64,000 nucleotides of DNA from Octopus vulgaris (GCA_951406725.2 OX597822.1:52886001-52950000), one strand, 5' to 3'. Positions 12,571-25,994 are shown, counted from the first letter of the stretch. A program made the numbers and translations. Notes: generated by a model not told the origin, from the letters alone.

Positions 12571-13465
12571 ATGAGGGTCAGCTGAAAAATTCATAGCCTC
12601 GAATGTGACCAAATGAGGTTTATTTTTCAATACAGACTTCTGCTAACGGTGTTGCAGCGCTTGGATCCCATTGGTGAAGAACTAGTTCAAAGCCACATTC
12701 ACGCACAGCAACGATTGAAACCGAGAAACCGAGGGCTTGTGTGCTGGAGCATTGTCCTGATGAATCATGATAAGTTTTGTCAATTTTCCTGGGCGTTTCG
12801 TCTTGATAGCCTTCTGTAACTGCCTGAGTAAGTTGACATAGTACTCTCCATTGATGGCGTGGACCTTCTGAAGATAATCAATGAATACAAAAAAAAAACT
12901 GAGGCCGTCAACTTCCCTGCAGATGAAACGACCGTGGCCTTATTTGGAGTAGATAAGGAGGGGTGTTTCCACTGCATGGATTGTTTCGTTGTCTCTGACT
13001 CAAAGTGATGAAACTAACACTCATCCTGGCTTATGAAACGTTCAAGGAAACCAGGTGGATCTGCCTCAAATAATGTCCGGCTTTCCTGTATTGTGACCAG
13101 CCTGGTGCGCTTTTCATCGGGCATCAGCAGATGTGGCACCCACCGAGCAGAAACCTTAGGATATGCTTATAACATTGACTATTTGATTTACTGCCAATCG
13201 CCTACCATCCATCATCATGTGGTTAACATGATCAATGTTTTCCTCGGTGATGGTAGTTTCAGGAATCCAGACCTTAGGTAATTTTATGGACTCTCCCTTC
13301 CCCTCCTAAATTTAGCTTTCCACTTTTGCACAGTTGATAAAGCTGGAGTGTCATCCCCTAATGTAGCAACCATATCAGCATGAATATCCTTAGGAGTTTA
13401 ATCCTTTTTCTGCAGATGCTCGATAACAACACGAAGCGAAATTTTGTTCATTTTCAAGAGAAGTT
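12571..13465 (-). mobile_element. mariner transposon remnant
   Basis: MNKISLRVVIEHLQKKG..PKDIHADMVATLGDDTPALSTVQKW..F; internal deletions; TIR-like GAGGGTCAGCTGAAAAATTC at the left end. Confidence 0.8.
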
Positions 13466-13469
13466 TCCT

Positions 13470-13905
13470 ATTGTTTAGTCTATTCTGAGGGTTTAATCCC
13501 ATCTCCTTAAAATGCTCATAGATACTTATTACTTCCCTAGTGTTCTAATTCTTTTATCTCGATGTCTCTGCCCAGGAAGATGCAGTATGTGCTTGATAGT
13601 TTTCCCTTGTTATAGACGTAAGCTTGGCTCATTTGTCAAGCCTACATTCCATTATGATGCTATCACTTGGCTGAAACTGTGCTAAGCAGAATACCGGAGA
13701 TAATGTGGGTCTCCTTGAAAGATCCCACAATTAATATTGAGCTGTCCAGCGTTTATATTCGTAGTGTCAATGCCGAGAATTAATGTTTTCCAGTTCTTCA
13801 TGCAAAATTCCAGATTACTAGTGAAATTTTGAACATCTCCAAACATTGCTTTATCCAGCTGTGAAGAAAACTATCAAAGACCTTCTAGTGTATCCAGGAC
13901 GCTTC
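13470..13905 (-). mobile_element. R4/Dong-like reverse transcriptase fragment
   Basis: VFDSFLHSWIKQCLEMFKI..MKNWKT..INCGIFQGD..LSP..FCLA. Confidence 0.7.
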
Positions 13906-13910
13906 GATGC

Positions 13911-13955
13911 TTCCTCCTCCTCCTCCTCCTTCTCCTCCTCCTCCTCCTCCTCCTC

Positions 13956-13997
<42 letters not shown>

Positions 13998-14022
13998 TTC
14001 CTCCTTATCCCCCTCCTCCTCC
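13911..14022. repeat. (CCT)n/(TAC)n compound microsatellite
   Basis: Direct inspection. Confidence 0.95.
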
Positions 14023-15005
14023 TTTGGAATTAGCCAGATCCTTCTTCGACTCGCGCTTAAATTTTGTTTGCATTAACTGTGTTTTAAACAGGCTTATGTT
14101 AAGTTTTTGCACAATTTTGTAGTTAAAGTGACCAGTGTCTTAAGAAAGTGGTCAGTTACGTCACTTTTTGACCTTAGGGGCAGAGCTTGTTATTTTTTTC
14201 AGGAACGTAACCATTATTTAAGAAATCAAAGCAGCGTTAAAATTTTCGGCAGGATAACGGAGCGAGGTAAATAGTACAGTTCTATATTTAAGAAATGAGG
14301 AATTATGTACATTGTTTACATTATTTACATGAGGACAAATATCTGTCAAATGTAAATAATGTAAATAATGAGGTAAATAGTGTTTGGAACGACAATCTTG
14401 ATGTCGCCTTCCCCACCTTAACGGCAGATGTAGGTCAAAGCATTGTACCACCACCACCACCATCACCACCACCACCAATCCCAACGCAACAGCTGGCAGT
14501 GATGGTAAGAACAGCAAGACCAATATCGACAACAATGGCAACAAATACAAATAATGGACGGTGGCAGTGACGTCACCACTATGAAAGCCAACGACTACGA
14601 CAAAAGTAAACAACAGCAGCAAAAAAATATAACAAGCAAAGCTACTGCAATCGCCGTGAACAACAATATCAATAATAAAAACGCAGTGCTTTTTTGCAAG
14701 CAACAACTTCTCACGGAACACTGAAACATTGCGACCATCAGCCAACATAGTATTGCCACCACCACTACCACCACAACCACTTCAGCAGTGGACAGCGACA
14801 GCAGTAATAAAGCAATAACACTACCGCTACCGCCACCACCACCACCTCAACACCATAAAATAAAACTTTCGACAAACAGGCTTCATCGTCGCCTCTAAAA
14901 TGACTACCATAGCTGACTACTCCATCAGCACTCAACTCATTTACAGCTGAGCATGTGCTAAAAATGGGGATGAAGGTGCCATTGCAACTATGGTATGGGA
15001 AACTA

Positions 15006-15146
15006 TTAGGTTGTCCCAAAAGTTCGTAAACACTTGCGAAAATTGAATTTTTACTCGCCAAGTACTAACAAAAACAACAAAAATTGTTCCTCAAAATAAA
15101 GACCATTATTTTCCAAGACTTTCTACAAACTTTTGGGACAACCTTA
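15006..15146. mobile_element. mariner-type MITE (141 bp)
   Basis: TA-flanked TIRs TTAGGTTGTCCCAAAAGTT / AACTTTTGGGACAACCTTA. Confidence 0.8.
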
Positions 15147-15436
15147 TATTTAAAAATGGAAAAAACCTATCACAGCCGAAAAATTTGGTTAGTAGAGTAG
15201 GACAAAAAATTAATCCCATGTAAGCAAAATATATTGTTAAATAAGTCGGGAGGTCCACGGTAACCTACCGATGTACTGGGCAAAAAGTAGACAGGTTGAA
15301 AGACAAAACCTGGCCCAATGTGAAGAATACATAGAAGCCGTTCTGACTCAAAAAACTTTTATCACTCGTAGCGGTCACTATAATGGAACGGTCGGTGTCA
15401 GATTCTCTACAGTGATCGAAGCAAGAAACCATAATA

Positions 15437-15850
15437 TACTCTTTACTCTTTACTCTTTTACTTGTTTCAGTCATTTGACTGCGGCCATGCTGGAGCACCG
15501 CCTTTAGTCGTGCAACTCGACCCCGGGACTTATTCTTTGTAAGCCCAGTACTTATTCTATCGGTCTCTTTTGCCGAACCGCTAAGTGACGGGGACATAAA
15601 CACACCAGCATCGGTTGTCAAGCAATGCTAGAGGGACAAACACAGACACACAAACATACACGCACATACATATATACACATATATACGACGGGCTTCTTT
15701 CAGCTTCCGTCTACCAAATCCACTCACAAGGCTTTGGTCGGCCCGAGGCTATAGTAGAAGACATTTGCCCAAGGTGCCACGTAGTGGGACTGAACCCGGA
15801 ACCATGTGGTTGGTAAGCAAGCTACTTACCACGCAGCCACTCTTGCGCCT
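15437..15850 (-). mobile_element. tRNA-headed SINE family C, full length
   Basis: rc head GGCGCAAGAGTGGCTGCGTGGTAAG..GGTTCAGTCCC, CORE-like CCTTGGGCAAATGTCTT, (AGAGTAA)n-like tail. Partial copies at ~22955-23205, 33090-33290, 43150-43350 and 51265-51500. Confidence 0.85.
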
Positions 15851-16217
15851 ATATCTTCTTTTAAAAATGAAGAACTAATCCTGTTACCAGTATATCTTGG
15901 ACGTTATGCCTAAAATATAAGCGCTGGTTAGCGACAAGAACAGCAGCGTGCAACAACAGCAGCAGAAACATCAAAGCCAAGAAAAGCAAATATTAAAAAT
16001 TAACAGCGACAGCAGCACCAAAAGACAGCAGCACCAAAAGACAGCAGCAACAATAGTAGCAACAGGAATGGGAAGTCTCCGAAGGAGGTTTAACGTAAGA
16101 ATAATACACAAATATTTAGTGGTGGGAACACCGACAGTAAACTGGAAAAACAGATTGCCTACCTTTTCACGGAAATAACGAAAATTTTTCTTCCCACTTT
16201 TTCCTTTCATCCAAAAA

Positions 16218-16723
16218 TGGGTTAAAAATTGGCCCTTTTTTCCCTCTTGCATGAGGAATACCAAATGTCTTTATGCACTACCTGCCTAATAAGAAACTCA
16301 GGCACTCCCATGTTCCTGGCGATGGACTTGATTGACTTGAAGGAATCGTTGCCCATCATGGCCTGGATCTCACAAACAAATTCAAGAGTTCTTTTCTTAT
16401 CAGAACGATCAGAGTGAGTTTTCCAAGCTGCCTGCAATCACTATTAGACTCATCCAACTCTTTTCGAATCCTCTGCACTGCCATCAGATTGACACACAAA
16501 CACTCTGAATGCTCATATTGGAGCTTCCGACATGAATGCCAAGCTATACAGCATGTCGTTTCAAAATTTCTGGCCGAGTTAATTGCCCCATGTTGCTGTT
16601 TTTCTCACAGGCGGTGTCCAACTGACCTTACAATACTCTGTCGTCGACAAAATCGAAAACAAACAATATGCATGCGAGAAATAAAACAAAGTGAAACGGC
16701 GACAATTTACCCATCACACCTTG
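16218..16723 (-). mobile_element. 5' part of a DD37D/maT element, duplicate of ~20966-21476
   Basis: Near-identical to the 21-kb copy, including TIR GGCGACAATTTACC.ATCACACCTTG. Confidence 0.9.
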
Positions 16724-16789
16724 TATATACGTTAATCATCGGAATAGGTAGTGTAAATAGAGGTCTCCTGCTCAGTGACTTCATTTCAA

Positions 16790-17697
16790 TAGACATAACT
16801 GTGGCAATCTTCATTGTTAATTCCAGTTGTAAAAGTCCACGGCCTCCCTCTTTTCTTGGGAGATAAAATCGTTCTATATCTACCTTAGGGTGGTGCATTC
16901 TATTCATTGTCAACAATGTTCGTATTTTTCTGTCAAGATTACATATTTCCGTAATTGACCAGTTAATGGTATTGAAACTGTAAGTCACAACTGGTATGGC
17001 TAAAGTATTGATCGCTTCGATCCTGTTTCTTGCATTCAGCTCAGTATTGCCCTTACTCTGCGATAACATTCTCTTCTGATCCTTTCCCTCATCACTGAAT
17101 GTTTGATTCTGTCCCCTTCAAATACCCTTAGGGAATTTGTAGCTCTCCTTTATGACATTCTACTGGTCAAGATTAACATCGGATGTTTCTGTCATTTTAC
17201 ATTTGATAAAGGTAGCTTTTTCACATTTAATGAGGCCATATTGTATCCTGATGTCATCACTGAATTGTTTAACAATCGCTAGTAAGCCTTGTAGTTGTTG
17301 GTCAAGTTTTGCAAAGAGATTTAAATCATCCATGCAAATGAGATGATTTATATTTTTATCAAACATTTTTTATCCGTATTTTACATCACTGAATAATTTC
17401 GAGAGAGGTATTAAAGCTAAACAAAAGAGGAGTGGTGATAGAGAGTTACCCTGGAAAATTTCACATGAAATTCTTACATCTCGAGCATTAAGAGATTCAT
17501 TGTTACTGTTCAAAGTCAGTGTGGTTCACCACGATCTCATACAGACAAGAAGTTTCGCAGAGTAGGTGCTATTTTATACGCTTTCTTACATTTCTTAATC
17601 TAGCTATGTGGTAGACTATCAAAAGCTTTTTTATAGTCTATCCAGGCTATCAATAAGTTATTGTGTCGTTTGTGACAATCTTCCAAGATCATTTTAT
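16790..17697 (-). mobile_element. R4/Dong-clade RT fragment
   Basis: AWIDYKKAFDSLPH, IFQGNSLSPLLFCLALIPLS, NHLICMDDL, ELNARNRIEAINTLAIPVVTYSF, HHPK..RFYLPRKEGGRGL. Confidence 0.9.
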
Positions 17698-17927
17698 TTT
17701 TCCAGGGTTTTCTTATAAATTTCTTTTTCGACATTATTTATGATGCTATTTCTCTCTACCTTTCTATTCCACGTTTGCCTCCTTCGTCGTTTCTTTCTTT
17801 TCACCTCCTTCTCCTCCAGCACCTCTTCTTCTTTCCTTCCTTTTCTTCTTGTAATAGCGTTGTCGGTGGTAGTAGTGATGGTGGTGGCGGTTGTAGTAGC
17901 GGTAGTATTACTGGTGGTGGTGGTGGT

Positions 17928-17990
17928 GGTTATAGAGATGGCGGTTATAGAGATGGCGGTTATAGAGATGGTGGTTATAGAGATGGTGGT
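17928..17990. repeat. 15-bp tandem repeat (GTTATAGAGATGGYG) x4 in a low-complexity tract
   Basis: Direct inspection. Confidence 0.85.
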
Positions 17991-18184
17991 TGTTCTAGTA
18001 AAAAAAGCAGCAATTGTTCGTTGATAATGTCAAGAGATTTATATTTCAAAGTTGTTTGCATATCGCTTATAAGATCACACACAAATCAACAGAAATCAAA
18101 TTTCTATTTTAATAACGTAAAGTTTATTTGCCGTGATAGAAGTAAAGTGATCCACGTACGTGTGTATGACTCTGTGTGTGTGTG

Positions 18185-18284
<100 letters not shown>

Positions 18285-18324
18285 CGTATAAACAGTTGCA
18301 TGTATATAAGCATGTGTGTATGTA

Positions 18325-19608
18325 TCAGGTCATCCCATAAGTTCTGTCCGATTTTACCATTTTTTAAAATTGAATGAAATTTAATAGTATTTTAGAATGT
18401 CTAATGGAATTTAAAATTATTTTTATGCATTTGTGTACATTTAAACTAAATTAAATAGTATTTTACAGAATAATAGAATTAAAATTTCTTTGATTAAAAC
18501 CCTTTATTACATGGAAGTATCCAAACAGCATTTGAAGCATATAATGCTTTATGAGTACAAAAAAGGAAACTCTGCTGCCGAAGCGACTCGAAACATACAC
18601 TCAGTTTATGGGAAAGAATGCTTGAATGAAAGAACTTGCAGAAGATCGTTTGCAAAATTCAGAAATGGAAATCTCAGCCTTGAAGATGAAGATCGAACAG
18701 GACGTCCAGTTGAGTTTGATGATAAGCTCCTTGAAACATTACTTGAAGAAAATCCTGCATTATCAGTTGAAGAATTGGCAATAAAGCTTAGTTCAAACCA
18801 TACAACTGGTCATCGTCATCTTCAACAACTTGGAAAGGTTCCTAAACTTGGAAAATGAGTGCCTGATGAATTGTCCGAAAGCAACCGCAAATCCCGAGTT
18901 GACATCTGCTCTTCTCTCCATTCTCGCGAACTAATTTCACCCTTTTTGGATAGACTTGTGACTGGTGACGAAAAATAGATCTTCTATCGAAATGTTAAAC
19001 GTCGTAAACAGTGGCTTGGTAAAAAGGAAAAAGCTCAACCACAACCGAGAAGGGAACTTCATGGGAAAAAGTTCTTCTCTCTATCTGGTGGGATTGCAAA
19101 GAAGTAATTCACTTTGAATTGTTACCACCTAATGCAACAATCAATGTTCAAGTCTACTATCAGAAATTAGAGCGTTTGAAGCAAGCTTTGAAAAAAAAAA
19201 AAAAGACCCGCTTTAGTGAATCGAAAAGGAGTGATGTTTCATCAGGACAATGTGCGACCCCACACTGAAAAGATCACATCATAGAAGATCGAAGAGCTTG
19301 GTTGGGAAAAAATTCCTCATCCACGTTATTCTCCCGACCATGCTCCGTCAGACTACCATTTGTTTCGTAGTTTACAGAATCATTTGGGGAATATAACATT
19401 CGCAAGCCAGGAGGAGGTAGAAACTGACATTTCAAAGGTCTTCGCTTTGAAACCAAAAGAGTTTTACATTGATGAGATTGTAAATAGATTGAAGGAAGTC
19501 ATAGATAATCAGGGAAAGTACATTGATGATTAAATTTCAATTAAATATAACCTTTGATCACTTGTTTTTTTTATTCAAAATTCGGACAAAACTTATGAGA
19601 TGACCTGA
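18325..19608 (+). mobile_element. mariner (DD34D) transposon, full length, pseudogenised transposase 18511-19533
   Basis: TA-flanked TIRs TCAGGTCATCCCATAAGTTCTGTCCG / CGGACAAAACTTATGAGATGACCTGA. Motifs *VPDEL, VTGDEK, HQDNVRPH, YSPDHAPSDYHLF, with stops and frameshifts. Confidence 0.95.
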
Positions 19609-19939
19609 TAAATCAATACGATAATCATTGTATGATTGTATATAATCTCTACCCCAACCGCCTGTCAACTCACAATGATTTAATCTGTTATCGTAACTGT
19701 ATTTCTGTTTGCTGTTTTTTTTTAGATATTGTTCTTGTCTAACTTTCTAACCTTCCTCTTCGCGCAGTACTTTAATCTTTCTCCTAAAAAGGCAGTGTTG
19801 TCTTTGAGGGTTTGCTCTTTACTTCCGTTCCCCTTCGCTTCTCACCTTCTCGTACCAAGTTACTTTTTGTGAACGTTTACTCTTTCAAAATTATTTCCGC
19901 ATCTCGTCTTTTCACTCTCAAACGAAGGACAAGCGCGGT

Positions 19940-20076
19940 AAAACATTATATTCTGCCGAAGAGGTTGCAAGATGCGATGAAAATCTTGGGAAAAATAAAT
20001 AAGTAAATTGAGTGGAAATCGAACCGGTGTGTGTATTAAGTAATAAGGCACTAAAAGCGAATGACTCTCCACAGAC
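19940..20076 (+). mobile_element. Solo terminal segment of the Penelope-like family at 5440-7465
   Basis: GAGTGGAAATCGAACCGGTG..AATAAGGCACTAAAAG.GAATGACT shared with 7401-7466. Confidence 0.7.
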
Positions 20077-20105
20077 ACAATAATATATATATGTGTTTGT
20101 GTGCA

Positions 20106-20169
<64 letters not shown>

Positions 20170-20170
<1 letters not shown>

Positions 20171-21476
20171 AGAGTGCGGTGAATAAATTGTCGTCCAAAT
20201 TACGCAAAAATGAAAATAACACTGACATCTCATTTTAACAGATATATTTACCAAAATTTCATCAAAATATCTTGAAATACTAAAGAGTAAATTTACTCAA
20301 TAAAATCGCCATTGTCTTCAACCACAGTCTCCAGATGACTTTGAAATCTCCTACAACTCTTCTGGAGGTCTCCTTGTTTAAGTTGGTGAATGCTGCCATA
20401 ATCCTTGCCTTCAGTTCATCTTTGGTGTTACAAGGAGTTTTGTTGTTCTCTCGCTCAACCGCGCCCCATACATAACAATCAAGGGGATTGCAGTTTGGGG
20501 AGGTAGGTGGCCAGATGTTAGGAGTGATGTGATCGCAAAAATTGTCTGACATTCATGACTGGGTTCTCCTGCTTGTGTGGCATGGTGCAAAGTCCTATTG
20601 CCAGATATAGGGCCTTCCAGTAGCCACCCTCTTGGACCAGGGCAGCACTACCTCCTCTAGGCACTTGATGTAGACTTCCGTGTTGAGGCTGAGGCCGTGT
20701 GGGAAGATGAATGGAGGCATAACGTCGCCATCGCTAGTGATCACTCTAAACCTCATGACGTTGATTGGATGTTTGATCTTTATCAATCCTTTGATTGATA
20801 AATTTTGGGACACAGCAGACCATCGATTGTTCTGTGCGTTCACCATCTGATCCTGGCAGAAATTTTTACTCGTCTAAGAAAAATCAAAGCATATTCGATT
20901 GTAGGGAATGCTTGAGATTGTTAAAAAGCTTCGTAGCAAGGTCTTTCCTCTTGTCATTGATGGCTTGGGTTAAAAATTGGCCCTTTTTCATCTTGCATGA
21001 GGAATACCAAATGTCTTTAAGCACTACCTGCCTAATAAGAAACTCAGGCACTCCCATTTTCCTGGCGATGGACTTGATTGACTTGAAGGGATCGTTGCCC
21101 ATCATGGCCTGGATCTCACAAACAAATTCAAGAGTTCTTTTCTTATCAGAACGATCAGAGTGAGTTTTCCAAGCTGCCATACCTTCGCAATCACTATTAG
21201 ACTCATCCAACTCTTTTCGAATCCTCTGCACTGCCATCAGATTTACACACAAACACTCAGAATGCTCATATTGGAGCTTCTGGCATGAATGCCAAGCTAT
21301 ACAGCATGTTGCTTCCAAATTTCTGGCTGAGTTAATTGCCCCATGTTGCTGTTTTTCTCACAGACGGTGTCCAACTAACCTTACAATACTCTGTCGTCGA
21401 CAAAATCGAAAACAAACAATATGCATGCGAGAAATAAAAAAAAGTGAAACGGCGACAATTTACCTATCACACCTTG
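20170..21476 (-). mobile_element. DD37D (maT) transposon, full length, degenerate
   Basis: Imperfect TA-flanked TIRs. DFAPCHTSRRTQS..ITPNIWPPTSPNCNPLD gives exactly 37 residues between the catalytic Ds. Confidence 0.9.
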
Positions 21477-21601
21477 TATATACGTTTTAAGAAGTTGTAT
21501 ATGGAGTTATAGATAGCAGTGTCATTGATAAAAATAGTGCAGAGGTTATTTGATAATGATTTTTATCGATAGAGCTGTGAAATAGATCTGAGAACCATTC
21601 A

Positions 21602-21656
<55 letters not shown>

Positions 21657-22305
21657 ACACACACACACACAACACGAGAATAAAGGAAAGGAGACACTAT
21701 ATAATGCAATCAGAAAACTAGAATTAATCTCCAAGACTGACTGTAGATTAATCGCCACTAATAATAACTAACAATGCTGGTTATAAAAACAATATGGTGA
21801 AAAAAATATAAAACAATCATTGTATCACTTCTGGAAGGCTGGTGGTGTTGATCCGAGCAATATATAAATAAGCAATATAAACAACTAATAAATGAATGTG
21901 GCACATACCAAATCTACTGAGTAACTTTGATCAATATATCATCGTTTCATATAGTTGTGATTAACGGTGTCAGCTATAATTATAATTATAATTAACACCG
22001 TCAAAAACAATTATCGTTAACAAAGCAGATACTGCTGTTATTAAAGATTAACAAAACCTGTCGACGGACAGGCAAAAATGATAAATGAAATAGAAGATGT
22101 ATACAAGAGTTGTCATTAGGTTACTGGTTCATTCGAACAGAGTTAAGTCACTTAAAATACACGATTCAAAGGGGAAAGTCAGAGTGCCCTAATCCTCATC
22201 ACCATCATCGCAATCACCACTCTTATCACCAATTATCCTCCGTCACCCACTTACCGCTTTGTGTCTATTAATACACCTATCTTTCTGCCTTTTGCTTATC
22301 TCTCC

Positions 22306-22360
<55 letters not shown>

Positions 22361-22516
22361 GGTCCCGGGTTGATTCGGGGTTAACCACAGTAAGTAAGGT
22401 ACTCAATACATAGCAGAGTAAAATTAATTTATTATATAGAAGGAGCTTCTACAGGACTAGTACTGTTTCATTCAAGAGAAATCTTCAGAAGCAGAGAAAT
22501 CTTCAGAGAAATCTTC

Positions 22517-22550
22517 CTGAAGATTTCTCTTGAATGAAACAGTACTAGTC
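22517..22550 (+). ncRNA. Hammerhead-like core (mirrored on minus strand at 22455-22488); helix I partner missing
   Basis: CTGAAGA-T-TTC-tctt-GAA-T-GAAA-C-agtacta-G-TC, inside a 62-bp-arm palindrome. Confidence 0.5.
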
Positions 22551-22639
22551 CTGTAGAAGCTCCTTCTATATAATAAATATATATATATATATATATATAC
22601 TTACCGCTTTGCATCAATCAATACATCTATCTTTCATAT

Positions 22640-22955
22640 AGAGGGGAGAAACAAGGACAGACAAATCGATTAAGTCGATTACAGCGACCCCAGTGCGTAA
22701 CTGGTACTTAATTTATCGACCCCGAAAGGATGCAAAGGCAAAGTCGACCTCGGCGGAATTTGAACTCAGATCATAACGGCGAGGTCGAATTTGAACTCAG
22801 ATCATAACGCCGAGGTCGATTTTGCCTTTCATCCTTTCGGGGTCGATTAAATAATTACCAGTTATGCATTGGGGTCGATATAATCGACTTAATCCCTTTG
22901 TCTGTCCTTGTGTATCCCCTCTGTGTGTAGCCCCTTGTGGGCAGTAAAGAAAAAG
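22640..22955. mobile_element. SINE family A fold-back pair (minus copy then plus copy)
   Basis: Inverted SINE bodies joined by a tandemly duplicated GAATTTGAACTCAGATCATAACG.CGAGGTCGA segment. Confidence 0.85.
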
Positions 22956-24316
22956 GACACTGAAAGAAGCCTGCCGTATACAGATATATGTGTTTGCGTG
23001 TGTTTAACCCCCCATCACTACTTGACAACTGGTTTTGGTGTGTTTACAACCCCGTAACTTAGCGGTTCGGCATAAGATATTGATGGAACCAGCACTAAGC
23101 TTAATAAATAATTCTTGATGTCGATGTCTTCGACTAAAACTTTTCAAGATGGTGCTTCAGCATGGCTGCTGTCAAATGACTGAAGCAAGTAAAGGAATAA
23201 AAGAACACACACACACATACACACATATATAATGGCATCTAAATATTGGGTTGAAAAGTCCTTTTGCATAGAAAAATTCAAAGGCCACCTTTGACTTTTT
23301 CTACCCTAACGGGTTCCTCTACCCAAAGCCTTGTCAGTGGATTTGGTAGCTTTAAATTACTTCGAAATGCAATTCCAAAAAACGAATTATTTCATGTTCT
23401 TTTGAAAGTTTATAAATTCTTATGATATAAACAATATGTATGTGTGTGTATATTGTTAAAGTTGTGTGTGTTGTGTGTGTGAGTGCTTCTATGTATATAT
23501 TATACATACACACACATGAGCATACAAACATTCCAACATAAATACCTTCAAAGAGTATTGTTCCATTAATGCACGTTATCCATTTGTCCGGTTTACATGA
23601 TTGTCCATCACGTTTTGCTGCACTTCAGTAATTTTTTACTTCATAGAGCCGTCACAGGTTGCCGACATCACTGTCATTGTGTACATTAAAACAGTAGCCG
23701 GCGCAGAATTATTTTTTATCTGCTTTCATACACTTATATACTGTCCGTCCATTAGTGAAAATGTAGTTCAAAGTTTATAATAGTAATCAATTTAAAACAA
23801 AATGTAAAAAGAAAGCGAATATGTCTAACATCGCTTCCGGAAACTGAAATAATATAGCATATGAAAAGAGGCGAAAACCGGAAGGCTTTTGTGCATGAAT
23901 ATATCATAGGCACTGTAGGAAAATATATGACATTAAGTAATATAAGGAAAAGTTAATGCAATTTATGGCCAAATGAAAGGCAAGCAAACATGTTGATTTA
24001 CAGCAGACATTAAAAACATCAGCCTGCTACCGATTACAATGTCGGATGTTTGTGGATATATCTTCATTGTAAAGTCAATTAGTAAAGCACTAGTATCGAT
24101 GATGTGTATGTACTTACATTAATCTATACATAAATATATAAATCCATGAATGCATATAAACATGCATGTACGCATGCGTGCAAACACATATAGACATACA
24201 CATATATATCTTAGAATTTTTGCTTCACCCACTCCCTTCCGGTCATTTGAAAATGTAACCACATGTGAATCGTTGGCTTTTTTCCTCCGTCTTCACTTCT
24301 TTTGGACTTTCTTCTA

Positions 24317-24351
24317 TTTCTGAAGAAGAGTCTTGCTCGAAATGTTAAATC
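24317..24351 (+). ncRNA. Minimal type I hammerhead ribozyme motif
   Basis: ATTT-CTGAAGA-A-GAGT-ctt-GCTC-GAAA-tg-TT-AAAT, in a ~230-bp element (24211-24443) homologous to 42895-43060. Confidence 0.65.
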
Positions 24352-24443
24352 CTCTTTCTTTCCTTTCCCGAACGTCTGATAATACATTATTCGTACCACG
24401 TCCTTGCGTTATTGTTTTTTCATGCTTGTTCTTCTTTGTTTGG

Positions 24444-24593
<150 letters not shown>

Positions 24594-24728
24594 ATAATTT
24601 ATATCTTTATGAGTATTTATATATATATATCATTTATATCTTTATGAGTATTTATAAATATTTATATTTTACAATACAAATCTTCTGCACATATGCATGT
24701 AAATGTGCATATGTATCTGTCTGTCTGT

Positions 24729-24773
<45 letters not shown>

Positions 24774-25501
24774 CACACACACACATATACAATGAGCGTT
24801 TCTGACGTAGCATTTTTTGAAGACATGACTAGACATCATATAGCAGGATTGATTTTAACGCTACAGTTGGGGGATACTTTCATCATAACACGGGCATGAA
24901 ACCGTCGACTGTTTAGCTCGTATGTTCCACTTTTACAATGTCCCACTATTTTGGCCACTGTATGTCTGCTCCTGCTCTTTCTGCTTGCCTTGTTCGTCAC
25001 GTCACCCAGTCAATGATCACGAGAATCATCGGGAATAACAAACACCCTTGCTTCGTTCTTCAGCTTTTACTTCGAACGCTATCGAAAATCGTACACTGGG
25101 TATACAGGACAATGAGTGTTTTTGTACAGCTGTCTAAGATATCAATAAATGTCAAGGGATTTCCGATGTGACAGAGTAGAAACCCGCCAAATATTTTTCC
25201 GTTAATACAATTGAAAACTTTCTCGAAGTCGTTGAATTTGAGAAAGGGCATAGCATGTCACACCTGCAGCTAACCGGTAGATGATCAGGAAAGCATGTAT
25301 CTCATTAACGCGGGAACTATTTTTCTAAACACCTTCCAAGGTGTTTCCTAAACTTCCCTTGCCGGGAACTAATGGAAGAATGGATTTCACGGCAGTTTTA
25401 TAGTTAAGTGATGTGTGTCTGTTTGCACACACGTCATCTTATACATACATACATACATACATACATACATACATACATACATACATACATACAAACATAC
25501 A

Positions 25502-25534
<33 letters not shown>

Positions 25535-25798
25535 CTATTGTCATGGCACTCCCACATTTTCCTTCTTCTTCTTCTCCTCCCCCTCCTCCTCCTCCTTCTT
25601 CTTCTTCTTCTTCTTCTTCTTCTTCTTCTTCTTCCTTACCAAGAATTCACAACGACCTCGAACCCACAAGAGTAAACAAGAGAGACAGTAGACAGGCAGA
25701 AACAAGGAAAATGCCACTTGTATTTGAACACTATACAAATATGGTTTAAAAAAAACTTTTCTTTTAATTTTTCCAAATTTAATTGTTTTCCATACTTA

Positions 25799-25834
25799 CA
25801 GTTGAAAAAGTTTCAATGACTGAAACCGGTACTG
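25799..25834 (+). ncRNA. Minimal hammerhead motif with U3-A8 core variant
   Basis: CAG-TTGAAAA-AGT-ttcaatg-ACT-GAAA-C-cg-G-TA-CTG; helix III region ACCGGT is palindromic. Confidence 0.65.
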
Positions 25835-25994
25835 AAATGTTTTTTTATAAAATTATTTTAGCATTTTCTATCTTGACTTTTTTCCATGTATGTATATATA
25901 TATAGGGAGAGTTTACGAAAAAAACAAAAGACGAAGATATGTGGTGTACAAAACAAACAGATGTATTAGTATAACGCTCAGGAATAGAAAAAGT

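Noticed and set aside
14440-14860. Pro/Gln/Thr-rich ORFs (also 15940-16070, 17775-18377 GGYRD repeats)
   Set aside because: Degenerate trinucleotide and 15-bp repeats; no splice or domain support.
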